Positions 39,984-50,100 are shown, counted from the first letter of the stretch. The stretch is 64,000 nucleotides of DNA from Candidatus Dojkabacteria bacterium (GCA_014729085.1 WJKM01000009.1:126590-190589); one strand, 5' to 3'. The notes: generated by a model not told the origin, from the sequence alone. Translations and numbers: made by a program.

Positions 39984-40817
39984 CTAAACTTTGTAAACAT
40001 CTTCGAGTTTCATATTTACGATTTTTCCATCTCTTTTTGTAATTTGCACATTTGAGTAATTTTTGCTTTTAATTTGGTTGATTAAATCAAGTTCTGTTAA
40101 TGCTTTATCTGTATTATTTTCTTCACCATATACAGTGTAGGATTTATCAATATTTTTTTTAATTTTTATTTGCTTATAAGCACTATCCCTAATAATATTT
40201 ATGATTTCCTTTTCTTGTTGTGTTAGCTTTTCGTTCATTTCCTCAATATATTCACTCAACTCTTTATAATATGAAACTTCTATTCCGATTCCTGATTTTT
40301 TTATTGCTTCTATAACTATTTCATTAAAATTGAAATATACAAAAGAGTCATGTTTAGTCATTAAGTATGCAAAAGAATTTATATCAGAAAAATATACATA
40401 ACCTTCTGATGTAATTACTAGATAAATCTTAACTGTTCCTATTACACTTAAGAAAAGTATATCTAGAGGTGGGTTTGTTACACTGTGCTGTTTTTCTAGA
40501 TTTTTATAAAAGTCCTTATCATAAAAAATATGTTTTAGATTTTGAAGTTGTTCGTTTGTTAGATTATATTTTCTAGCTTCATGTATGCATTGTAGATAGG
40601 TTAGATCCTTTATGCTGAATTTTCTCCACCCCTTTGATTTATCTCTTGAGTCTACTAACATTTCATCATTATCTAAAGAATTTATCTGCCTGTAAGTGAG
40701 TACACTATCTTTGACAGTATAAACCCTCTCTTCAAATGACTCGATGAAATCAGAACAATCTTTTCTCTTTCTGAGTCCCTTATATTGTTCTATTAAGTTT
40801 GGTGTAAGTAAAATCAT
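39984..40817 (-). CDS. hypothetical protein (element cargo)
   Basis: 277 aa, no recognised motif. Confidence 0.4.
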   Translation of the reverse strand: MILLTPNLIEQYKGLRKRKDCSDFIESFEERVYTVKDSVLTYRQINSLDNDEMLVDSRDKSKGWRKFSIKDLTYLQCIHEARKYNLTNEQLQNLKHIFYDKDFYKNLEKQHSVTNPPLDILFLSVIGTVKIYLVITSEGYVYFSDINSFAYLMTKHDSFVYFNFNEIVIEAIKKSGIGIEVSYYKELSEYIEEMNEKLTQQEKEIINIIRDSAYKQIKIKKNIDKSYTVYGEENNTDKALTELDLINQIKSKNYSNVQITKRDGKIVNMKLEDVYKV

Positions 40818-40894
40818 GGAATTATATGTTAATGTATAATTTATCTTACATGAATAGAATTATACAGTCAAGTATAATTTAAAGAGTTTTAAAA

Positions 40895-41275
40895 CTATGA
40901 AGCTGCAATTATTGAAAGTATCTTTGTGGTTTGTTCTTTTGTAAGTTCTGGATGAGGGTATATTCCTTTTCTGTAAGCTGTTATTATTCTTTCAATTAAG
41001 TTGAAAGGAATAGTCTTTGTCTGGTCCGTTGTCTCGAATCTAATTTGAACAGGGAACCTACCTTGCCAAGCATTACCTTCAATATTAATATTTGGAGCTG
41101 TAGTAGGTTTGTAGGGACCTGAAAATTCGAATGTTGATGTGTTGTACAAAAAGAGATAATCTTCAAGAGTAATTTTCATCATACTAGCTTTGACTGCTTC
41201 TTCTTCACCAAAAAGCATACGTTCAAATACTTCATCTTTTGTTTTGTCGTTGCATCTAAAAATATAACCTTTCAT
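40895..41275 (-). CDS. DCD (Development and Cell Death)-like PUA-fold domain protein
   Basis: Alignment by eye to plant DCD domains, hedged. GYIFRCNDKTKDEVFERMLFG ~ G(V/F)IFMCxxxTxxEClxxxLFGLP; LFLYNTSTFEFSGPY ~ LFLFNYSDRKLHGIF; NINIEGNAW ~ NINPYGW; PVQIRFE ~ PAQVQIRV; TKILSIIAAS ~ SKLISLLAS. 126 aa; start overlaps upstream gene stop (ATGA). Confidence 0.5.
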   Translation of the reverse strand: MKGYIFRCNDKTKDEVFERMLFGEEEAVKASMMKITLEDYLFLYNTSTFEFSGPYKPTTAPNINIEGNAWQGRFPVQIRFETTDQTKTIPFNLIERIITAYRKGIYPHPELTKEQTTKILSIIAAS

Positions 41276-41694
41276 TTTCTTACCTTTTTAGTTTCTAAAT
41301 GATTTTGAGTAATTGCAATAATATACATGTACTTACCAGCATAGAAATAAAATAATCTGGAAGTTTGAGCCCCTTTATGCTCTCTCAACTCTTCTACATC
41401 TTCTGGTAATTTCCTAAATAGCTTCTTATATTCTCCACTACAATATACCCTTTGTCTTTTAATATTATTTTTATCCAATGTTGTATTATTACACCCGCCT
41501 ATTGTTCTGATATCTTTAACAAACCTTTTGGATGCACTACCTGACAATGAAGATATTTCACTAATCTTATCATTAAAAAATTGAAAAGATATTAAAAAAG
41601 GTTCCCCTTCAGGATCTCCTCTATATGGATTTAAAGCAACTTTTTCGGGAATATATTTATTTGTAGCTGTTGTCTTTGGATCGGGTATTTGCAT
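41272..41694 (-). CDS. possible RelE/HigB(Gp49)-fold toxin-like protein
   Basis: C-terminus SRLFYFYAGKYMYIIAITQNH resembles the RelE/HigB C-terminal beta-strands (R-I-I-Y-x-F...Y-L-L-x-I). Weak. Overlaps both neighbours (translational coupling). Confidence 0.3.
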   Translation of the reverse strand: MQIPDPKTTATNKYIPEKVALNPYRGDPEGEPFLISFQFFNDKISEISSLSGSASKRFVKDIRTIGGCNNTTLDKNNIKRQRVYCSGEYKKLFRKLPEDVEELREHKGAQTSRLFYFYAGKYMYIIAITQNHLETKKVRK

Positions 41695-42221
41695 TAAGAA
41701 GACTTTTTAATTAAAGAAGAATAGTAAGCCTTCATATCTTCCAAACTAATAACATTATTTGAGCTAACAGATGCATGAATTTGCCCCCTTGCATTCTGCC
41801 ATGGATCTTCGTTATGTGACAACTGTTCTAAATAATCGCCATCATATTTCCCATATACCCTCCATATCTCCTCTAGTAAGTCCTGATTAGGTATATCTGA
41901 AATTTCTGCATCATTTACTTTCAGTTCAATTGGTCTATATCCATATTTCTTATATTTGTTGTATACTACCTTAATTGCAGGACCATGTACCCATGCTTCA
42001 ATTTCTTCTTTGAATATTGGCTCTTCCTTGTATACCAGATGCCAAGCTTGTGAATAGTACAAGAGCTTTTGTAATTGTTTATTTGTAATACTCTTACCTT
42101 CTTTGGACGCTTTCCAAATAAAAAATTTAGCGATATCTAATGCTGATTTCGTTTTTTGTTTTTTTGGTTTATTCATAAAAAGAAAGTAAGAACTTAACAT
42201 TATTATAAACGTAATTTTCAA
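41694..42221 (-). CDS. Panacea-domain (DUF4065, PanA/SocA-like) antitoxin-like protein
   Basis: KQLQKLLYYSQAWHLVYKEEPIFKEEIEAWVHGPAIKVVY matches the DUF4065 core (LQKLLYYaQ..hL...g.PLF.e.feAW.hGPV). Confidence 0.6.
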   Translation of the reverse strand: MKITFIIMLSSYFLFMNKPKKQKTKSALDIAKFFIWKASKEGKSITNKQLQKLLYYSQAWHLVYKEEPIFKEEIEAWVHGPAIKVVYNKYKKYGYRPIELKVNDAEISDIPNQDLLEEIWRVYGKYDGDYLEQLSHNEDPWQNARGQIHASVSSNNVISLEDMKAYYSSLIKKSS

Positions 42222-42239
42222 CTTTTCAATTCACTTTTA

Positions 42240-43289
42240 TCACTTTTTATAATCCAAATACTTCTTAATCTTATTATATTCTAAACACTTCATGTAGTTC
42301 TCCATATATTCGAAGTCTGGTTGATTTTGATTATTCATAGGTAACATTATTTTCTGTCGTTTTAATCTTGCTGTACCCATCTTGTAACCATAGCCATATT
42401 TAGCACGTTGTCTTGTTATCTGTTGAGATATAAATATACCTATATGTTTAGATGGGTTATTTAACCGTAATTTTCTACAATCATTTGAAAACAATGCCTC
42501 GTATGAATGATAAAAAGAATAGCCAACAGACCCATTTCGATTTACAGAAAGGCAACCTGCTTCTTTCGTTTTATTATCGTTGCTTACAAAATATCCGATA
42601 CCATTATTATTTGCAGTTGATGATACATAAGGCGTATTACCTGATATTCTTTCCTTTGCATAAATATCACGTCCAGATTCAATAGTGGCTACATCTTGAA
42701 TAAAAAACTCACCCCATTCTTTATCTTCTAATGGCTCAACATCTTTATAATCCTGCAATTCTGCTAATCTTTTTGAAACAACCTTTTTGTATTTATCCAA
42801 CTTATTTTGTTCTTTTTGCCTCATATAGGCTTCCATAAATTCATAGTCTGGGTTGCATTGTGAGTTGGTTGGTAAAAGTATTTTGCTTCTTCTCAATCTG
42901 GTTAGGGTTGCACCATTACTGCCCCAATTGAACTTATCCATTTGTCGAATGATTAAGGGGATAAGAAATTGTGCTATATCTTTGTTAAGGAACTCACTTC
43001 TTAAAACTTGGATATTCTGCCCTGTGTAAAACGATTTAGGCTGGTAGAAAACGGTTTGTGTATCAAGTCCAATTGTAATTACATTCCCTTCATCTAATTT
43101 GAATTTTTCTGCTTGCTTACCAATAAATGAATCCCACCCGTTATCTTTCTCAGAACGAGTTATATAAGGTGTATTACCTGTCTTATTACTTAATTTGTTA
43201 CGGTCGATACTACTTGATGAAGAATCAATATCAAAAGTATCTTCAAAAGTAAATTCCTTCCAGTTTTTATCTTCTAAACTTAATTTCAT
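42240..43289 (-). CDS. restriction-modification specificity subunit (HsdS-like; BcgIB-like)
   Basis: Two target-recognition-domain halves, each followed by a conserved TRLRRSKILLP/ARLKRQKIMLP ... PDYEFME/PDFEYME block; 349 aa. Confidence 0.75.
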   Translation of the reverse strand: MKLSLEDKNWKEFTFEDTFDIDSSSSSIDRNKLSNKTGNTPYITRSEKDNGWDSFIGKQAEKFKLDEGNVITIGLDTQTVFYQPKSFYTGQNIQVLRSEFLNKDIAQFLIPLIIRQMDKFNWGSNGATLTRLRRSKILLPTNSQCNPDYEFMEAYMRQKEQNKLDKYKKVVSKRLAELQDYKDVEPLEDKEWGEFFIQDVATIESGRDIYAKERISGNTPYVSSTANNNGIGYFVSNDNKTKEAGCLSVNRNGSVGYSFYHSYEALFSNDCRKLRLNNPSKHIGIFISQQITRQRAKYGYGYKMGTARLKRQKIMLPMNNQNQPDFEYMENYMKCLEYNKIKKYLDYKK

Positions 43290-43291
43290 AG

Positions 43292-45190
43292 TTATTTATC
43301 GTCATTTTCAAATAAATAATCTCTGCCTTGCATAATCATATTAAACTCAAAGGTAAGGTAATCACCTATAGTTTGCTCAAAGTCTTCTGGCTTTGGTATT
43401 TCGTCATTAAAGTAATAGAAAGAATGTAGCCATTCGTCATCTGGTTCTATGGTTGTTTTCACCATAAATTTAGTATCTGCTGGTGCATCATGTAGCCAAC
43501 AACTTAGTAAATGTTCTTTTCTTTCTTTTGCTCTCTCAGTTTCTACAAGTCCGATATGCTTACTTACCACAAATCCATCATCTTCAAAGTTAATAAATTT
43601 ACAATACTTTTTGAGGTTATGTGGTTTATGAGATGTAAATATGGCTATGCATGGATTAGTTCCAATACCATAGAATGTATCCTTATTTAGTGTAATTACA
43701 CCTTCCAAAGTATGTTTTTCTAATATTCTTTTTTTAACCTGTCTATCTTCTTTTGTTTTACCTACCATAGTTGATTGAGGAATTATGACAGCTGCTCGTC
43801 CTTTGTCAGTTAGACTATCAAGTAAATGTTCAATGAAATGTATTTCTGATAAATGTGCAGTATCTTTTCCTTTGGCTTGTGAATAAGGAGGATTCATTAA
43901 ACCTACAGTATAATTATTTTTCCTCATCTCTTCTGCACTTCTCTTGAGAAAGTCATCTTTTAAAAGATTACTCTTTCCATCTCCACGTAAAATCATATTA
44001 GTAGTTGCAATGGCAAACATATCTTCTCTAATTTCTATTCCGTGTATTTGTTCTCTTTTAATTTTATTCTGTTTATTCTTATCTGCCTTCTTTAACATCT
44101 TATACATTGCGGTAATCAAAAAACTTCCTGTACCACATGTGGGGTCAAAGACAATATCATTTGGTTTTATATCCAATAAATCACAAAATAATTCAGTAAT
44201 ATGACTAGGAGTTAATACAACACCCAAAGTTTGACCATCACCACCACTATATCTAATAAATTCACCATAAAAACGTCCTAGAACATCCTCTTTAGAGTTT
44301 GCTACAACGCTATCAAAAACATTCTTTTTTAAATATTCAGTAAAGTATTTCAGCGGTGTTTTCTCTAGTCTTTTATCTACCTGATTAAGTATAGTTCTAT
44401 CCATTACAATATTAAATTGACTCAAAACTTGCTCCTTTTTGATTTCTGGCTTTACCTCAACACGTGTCATGTGTGTAGATAAAGCATCAAATATTATATT
44501 TCCATCTGTTTTTACGCTATCTCCTTTTAATAAGTCTGGAATATCTGGATTCTCATTTAAAGCTAGGAGAATAGCAGATACGACAAGGGGTTTTTCCTTA
44601 TCTCCAAGTTGTCCATAGTTTCTTAAATCTTCGTGAAGTGCTTTCGATTTCTTTAGTATTACTTCTAATTCAACCGTTTCGGGTGGCGTTTCATTAAGTA
44701 CCTGTTCTTTATAGTATCGTACGATATTTTCTTTAGAAAAATTTTCAAAATTTTCAACTGGTTCTAATAATATATATTCGTTTTCATTGACATATATAGG
44801 TCGAATCATGTGATGTTTCTCATCACCAGAACAACCAAAAGCAAATACCTTTTTGAAATTTGTTTTCTGTACTATTTGCCTAGCATAGTGCAAAGCCCCA
44901 TTTTCTGCATATTCAGTTATCGATTTTGTATCTGTTGCGAGATGAGAGTTGCTCTCATCTTCATATCTTGCTTGTTTGTCTAAATCAGCTTTATCCTCCA
45001 TTACAAGAATAAACTCATCTGATTTAGCTGTAAATTCTGGAAAGCCTACATTCCCTGTACCTTTCTTTGATGAAGTTTTTAGTGCATTTTCTATCTCTTT
45101 AATCCCACTTCCATTTGGTGTAAATTTAATGCCCACCTTGCCAAGTAATTTACCAACAAAGAAGTCAGTTATTTTTTCATTTTTACTCAT
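43292..45190 (-). CDS. fused endonuclease/N6-adenine methyltransferase subunit (BcgIA-like Type IIB/IIG; alternatively HsdM)
   Basis: Gamma-class MTase motifs FDPTCGTGSFL (motif I) and NPPYS (motif IV); N-terminal region with candidate PD-(D/E)xK (SDEFILVMEDK). 632 aa and 349 aa partner sizes resemble BcgI A/B (about 637/341 aa from memory); no HsdR is present in the element. Confidence 0.65.
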   Translation of the reverse strand: MSKNEKITDFFVGKLLGKVGIKFTPNGSGIKEIENALKTSSKKGTGNVGFPEFTAKSDEFILVMEDKADLDKQARYEDESNSHLATDTKSITEYAENGALHYARQIVQKTNFKKVFAFGCSGDEKHHMIRPIYVNENEYILLEPVENFENFSKENIVRYYKEQVLNETPPETVELEVILKKSKALHEDLRNYGQLGDKEKPLVVSAILLALNENPDIPDLLKGDSVKTDGNIIFDALSTHMTRVEVKPEIKKEQVLSQFNIVMDRTILNQVDKRLEKTPLKYFTEYLKKNVFDSVVANSKEDVLGRFYGEFIRYSGGDGQTLGVVLTPSHITELFCDLLDIKPNDIVFDPTCGTGSFLITAMYKMLKKADKNKQNKIKREQIHGIEIREDMFAIATTNMILRGDGKSNLLKDDFLKRSAEEMRKNNYTVGLMNPPYSQAKGKDTAHLSEIHFIEHLLDSLTDKGRAAVIIPQSTMVGKTKEDRQVKKRILEKHTLEGVITLNKDTFYGIGTNPCIAIFTSHKPHNLKKYCKFINFEDDGFVVSKHIGLVETERAKERKEHLLSCWLHDAPADTKFMVKTTIEPDDEWLHSFYYFNDEIPKPEDFEQTIGDYLTFEFNMIMQGRDYLFENDDK

Positions 45191-45266
45191 TTGAGAATTA
45201 TATTTTTAAACATAAAGAAATTACTATTTTTATAATAAAGCACTTAGCTATAGATAGCAAACTACC

Positions 45267-46403
45267 TTAGACAAGGTTTATTTGACATTTTTCTGTATTC
45301 ATTTTTTCTTCAGATAGCAACTCATTAGTAATGGATTTGAACTCTGAAATTTGTGCATTAATTTCATTTCGAATATTTGAATATTCATAATCATCAAATT
45401 CTTTTAAAACTTTCTTACATAATTTCCATACTCTTTTAGTAGTAGTGTTGCTATATCTATTTTCAAAAATCTCTTTTGCCTTATGAATACCTAAATCACT
45501 ACATAACCTAAAACAAGTAATAATTGCCCATTCCTCACTTGGTTTTATGTCTTGGTCCCAAATATATTCATACATTCTTTTGATAGTAGGTAATCGCATA
45601 GGAATAAACTTAAATTCATCAGAAAACAAGCTCTTATTCAAATCATAGAGTAGTATCTTTTTGCTTAAACCACTATCAAAGATATCTTTAAGTGTAAGGC
45701 GTTCAACTTTCCTTCCTAATGCCCATGAATATTTTGCGTTTGTTCTCTGATAATTTTGCATGCGATATTCAAATCTTAGAATATTATTTTGTTTTAAATT
45801 CTGAACAAGTCCTTTTTCTTTATCTGTTTTATGATTAATCGCAACTAAAGAGGGGGCTTTTGCATATATTCCAATTCCCGTTGAAGTTGTAAATTCTCGA
45901 ATGGAAACACCATTTTCTTTATAATTTTCAAACTTTAAAGAGTGTCTCCATTTCCACCATAATCTTCTTGTAAATTCAATAAACTCAGTAGCTCCAACTG
46001 GACCATCTAGAATTATATTTTTCGATACTGTAGCAAAAGACACATAGCTATTTTTAAGTGCTTCGTTTGATATATTTATTCCCATATCATAAAGCTTTTT
46101 AGTAAAGTTACCTATAAAGTCATCGAAATCTTCATTTGATAACTCTTCTACATTATTTTCAAATAGTATTTTAGGAGCAGAAAATTCAATGTAAAGCTTG
46201 CCATTACCTCGAAAAGTTAAACTTGGATAATACTCACCTGTTGTATCTATCAACTGACCTTGCTTTATAAATCGTTTCTCCTTGATATCCATCTCGGGCT
46301 TTCTTAACATAAGGACTTTATAAACTTTCCCATAAATATCTTGAACTTGAATAGGTTTAATTATTTGATAGTTTGTTGTGTTTATTTTTATTGTATCTAG
46401 CAT
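45267..46403 (-). CDS. hypothetical protein (element cargo; possible replication/partition function)
   Basis: 378 aa, first large gene inward of attR; no confident motif. Confidence 0.35.
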   Translation of the reverse strand: MLDTIKINTTNYQIIKPIQVQDIYGKVYKVLMLRKPEMDIKEKRFIKQGQLIDTTGEYYPSLTFRGNGKLYIEFSAPKILFENNVEELSNEDFDDFIGNFTKKLYDMGINISNEALKNSYVSFATVSKNIILDGPVGATEFIEFTRRLWWKWRHSLKFENYKENGVSIREFTTSTGIGIYAKAPSLVAINHKTDKEKGLVQNLKQNNILRFEYRMQNYQRTNAKYSWALGRKVERLTLKDIFDSGLSKKILLYDLNKSLFSDEFKFIPMRLPTIKRMYEYIWDQDIKPSEEWAIITCFRLCSDLGIHKAKEIFENRYSNTTTKRVWKLCKKVLKEFDDYEYSNIRNEINAQISEFKSITNELLSEEKMNTEKCQINLV

Positions 46404-46684
46404 TTTTACTCTGGTAACCAGTTATATCAGTTCTCTTATCAATTTTAATTAAGATTTCAAAGAATTTAACTAACCTTTGCATTTCTAATTCTGTTAGTTT
46501 TAAAGATTCTTTTTTCTTCATGATTGCTAGTTTAAGAAATAATTAACTAGCTTTTTATCATGAACCAAGTATTTTTGTATTACACGGCGGTATATATTCA
46601 AACAAGAAGCGGTTGAAGTTTGAAATTCTTAATGAAGTAACCAAGCTCTACAAGCCTTTCGTGGAAAGTGTTGTAAAATGATTT

Positions 46685-46698
46685 CCTTGGGGTCACCA
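46685..46698 (+). repeat. attR core (direct repeat copy 2, tRNA-Glu 3' fragment)
   Basis: Exact 14-mer CCTTGGGGTCACCA preceded by GATTT (near-match to tRNA GATTCC). Confidence 0.7.
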
Positions 46699-46709
46699 AA
46701 AAATAAAAT

Positions 46710-46737
46710 CCACCTTTATGGTGGTTTTTTGTTTTTT
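46710..46737 (+). terminator. rho-independent terminator (probably the original tRNA-Glu terminator displaced by the insertion)
   Basis: CCACC-TTTAT-GGTGG hairpin followed by TTTTTTGTTTTTTT, located 12 bp after attR. Confidence 0.5.
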
Positions 46738-47022
46738 ATAATCTTCTGAAATTAAACGGACGGTTCTACATTTTTCGTCAGAAATTGATAACTTTTCGGA
46801 AAACGCTAAGGTAGGAAACTTTTATTATACAACCAACTCATAGTTCCTTTATTCTGGGTGCAGAATGTAAATGAGGACAGAATTCCAAGTTTAATTAGAA
46901 TTTACAGATTTCTATCAAAAGATTATGAATGCATTAAAGTTGACTAAGAAAGAAAAGGTCTATTTATCTGAGATAAATTTTTATGATAATTGAAAGTGAT
47001 TTTTTAGAGTTTTCATTCAAAA

Positions 47023-47040
47023 TTTGTATTGCAATACAAA
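47023..47040. promoter_or_regulatory. perfect 18-bp palindrome upstream of rhs (candidate operator)
   Basis: TTTGTATTGCAATACAAA, ~120 bp upstream of the rhs start codon. Confidence 0.35.
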
Positions 47041-47161
47041 GTCAAATTAAAAATATTCTAATATAATTAAAAAACAATCAGAGGAAATTTTTATATACAA
47101 AGGGTTAGATACTATCAATTAAATTTCTAATTAAAATCAATTTATTTATTATTTTCTTCTA

Positions 47162-50100
47162 ATGACCAAACCGCTCAAAAAGGTCTTGATTGAAACTATC
47201 CACATTATTCACAATACAGTAAAAAGAGTACAGCTAAAAAACTTAAAGCTGTATTTTTTTATTTTGCCTTTTTTGCTTTTAACATTTACACCTGTTTTTG
47301 CTCAAACGACAGACGAATATAATTACTCAGATTGTGGATTTGTTATCGATGATTCAGATTCAGGTTGTTCAGAAGCATATGGTAATTGGAAACTACAGAA
47401 AATAGGAAATAAAGGGACATCATTACTTTCTCCAAAAGACACTTTCTTGCCTTCTGTTACATGGGTTCCAGATTATAAAAACCTGAAAGGGCAGGTTGAG
47501 GTATTTGCAACCATTCCAAGAATTGAGGGAGAAAATTTGTCCGAAGTTGCTTGGTACAAAATAAAACATAGTGAGGGTACAAGCGATTATTTTGTAAATC
47601 AAAAAGAAAATGCAGGAGATATAGTATCACTTGGAATATATAATTTCGATGGAACCGAAGTTTCAATAGATTTATATGGATCTGGTGGTGAGGTAGTTGT
47701 GGCAGATACTGTTTGTTTTGGTAGATGCTCAATAGGTGACATAACTCCACCAAGGATTGAAGAAGTTAAAGGACATAGTTATATGGGAGAATTACATGTT
47801 CAGTCAAAAATAACAGATGAAGGGACAGGTGTAAAGAATGCTTATGTATCAATTCAGGGAAATATTTACCCTATGAATGCAAAAGGAGATATTTATTCAG
47901 CGATTGTTCCATATATTCCAGGAACTGATTTGGAATGGTATATTCTTACATATGACAACGCAGGAAATGAAGCTATATGGGAACCTGGGCGTGGATATGT
48001 AACAAGAGGGGGAGGTTTAAATTTAGGAGTACCACCTGAGGCTGTTGATTTTGTTTGCTATAAAGAAGAGTTTAATAATACAGTCCCACCTGCAACACCA
48101 GGATCAGATCCATGTGAATGGACAACAGGAGATCCTGTAAATACTGTAAACGGAAATTTAATGGAAAGTGTAAATTTAATAAATATTTCCGGACGTCCTT
48201 CAATTAACCTTACTATCTACTATAACAGTCAAGGTACAGGTCTCTCAATTTTCGGTGAAAGTTGGCTTTATGATTATAATTACCATGTAACAGAGATGGA
48301 TAACGCTGACTTCAGTGGGGCTTTTGTGCAATATCCTTCAGGTAGCAATGCAATGTTCGAAAACTTCAAGTCTCCAGATGGAGTAAGAGACAAACTTGAA
48401 AAAATAGGAGATGGGTATCTTCTTACTCTTCAAGATCAGACAAAAATCTATTTTGATTCAAATGGAGATATTTCTAGATGGGAAGATATTAATAGAAATG
48501 GTCTAAACTTTGAATACTCAGAACAGATTAAATTTGTAAATTTTTCAAAGCTGTCAAAGATAACAGCAGATTCAGGTAGAAAAATTACATTTGAATACAA
48601 TGATGTTGGTTTAGTTTCTCAAATAAACGCACCAGAGAATAAAATTATCAAATTCGAATACAATGACACAGATGATTTAATTAAAATAATCAAACCTAAA
48701 GAAAGAGGGATTATATTTGAATACGATAATCACAGCATTACAAAAAAAATCAGTCCACAGGGACATGCATACTACGAAAATATCTTCGATAATCAAAGAA
48801 GAGTTATAAAACAAGTTGCAGGTACATCATTTACGCAGGAATATATTTATAATGACAATGAAACAATAGTTAAAAATCTTAACGGTTCACAAGCTGTCTA
48901 TAGTTATAACGAGGATTACTTAATGGTCAGCAATACAGATGAAGTTGGGAATACCAAGACATTTGAATACAACAATAAAAAGCAGATAATAGCTGAAATC
49001 GACGCTGAAGGGAAACGATATGAATACACATATGATGAAAATGGCAACCAGATACATATAAAAGATCCAATGGGATATGAGATAGAAAGAGAATTCAATG
49101 AATTTAATAAACCTGTAAAAGAAATCAACCAGAATGGAAAAGAAACTAGATGGGAATATGACAAAAAGGGAAATTTAGTCAAAATAATTAACTCAAATGG
49201 CAACGAAAAAATATTCAGCTATAACGAATATGGACAACTAATTGAGCAAACAGACTTTAATGGAAATAAAACTGTTTTCAAGTATACAGCTGAAGGTGAT
49301 CTTAAAAAGATAATAGATGCAGATGGAAATGAAATTGTATATACATACGATGAACTTGGAAGAATATTGACTGAAACAAACAAACGTGGGATTACCTACA
49401 CATACACCTATGATGTAAATGACAATCTTCTTAAAATTGAGGGACCTCTTGGATATACAAAATCATTTGAATATGACAAAAATAACAGACTTATTAAAGA
49501 GACTGACTCTAAACAAGAAATGATTTCGTATACATACGACAATTCGGAAAATATTTCTTCCATCTCAAATCAACTGCAATTTGTTACGAGTATGGAGTAC
49601 GGATCAATGAACGAATTTGCAAAAGGAATAGATGCTGAGGGACATATAACTGAATATGCATATCATCCTACGTACAAAATATCTCAAGTTAGACAGGCAG
49701 CTGGAACCTCAAAAGAAGCTATTTCTAATTTTGAATATAACAACGTAAAACTTCAAAAAAGAATTATAGATGCAGAAGGAAAGATTACCGAGTTTGTATA
49801 TGATGATTTATATAGAATAGTTAAAAAAATTGGAGACGTGAACGGAATTGAAATTGAAACACGTTTTAAGTACAATCCTGTTGGAGCCCTTGTTAAACAA
49901 ATCGATCCAAACGGAAATGCAGTTGAATATACTTTAGATAATTTAGATAGAGTAATCGAGCAAAAAGATGCCGAAGGAAACATTACAAAGTACGAATACG
50001 ACCCGAACTCAAACATTATAAGCACAACCAATCCAAGAGGCTTTAAGACAAAATTTGAATACAATAAGTTAAACCAACTTGTAAAGCAAATCAATTCAAT

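Larger units (their letters stand above)
38255..46698. mobile_element. ~8.4 kb integrated element (integrative plasmid/prophage-like) in tRNA-Glu, bounded by a 14-bp direct repeat
   Basis: CCTTGGGGTCACCA at 38255-38268 (tRNA 3' end) and again at 46685-46698. All intervening genes are on the minus strand. Large serine recombinase at the tRNA-proximal end. An orphaned hairpin terminator lies just outside attR. Confidence 0.7.

Noticed and set aside
46681-46700. Second tRNA gene at attR
   Set aside because: Only the last ~19 nt of tRNA-Glu are duplicated. No cloverleaf can be drawn, so it is an att-site remnant rather than a gene.
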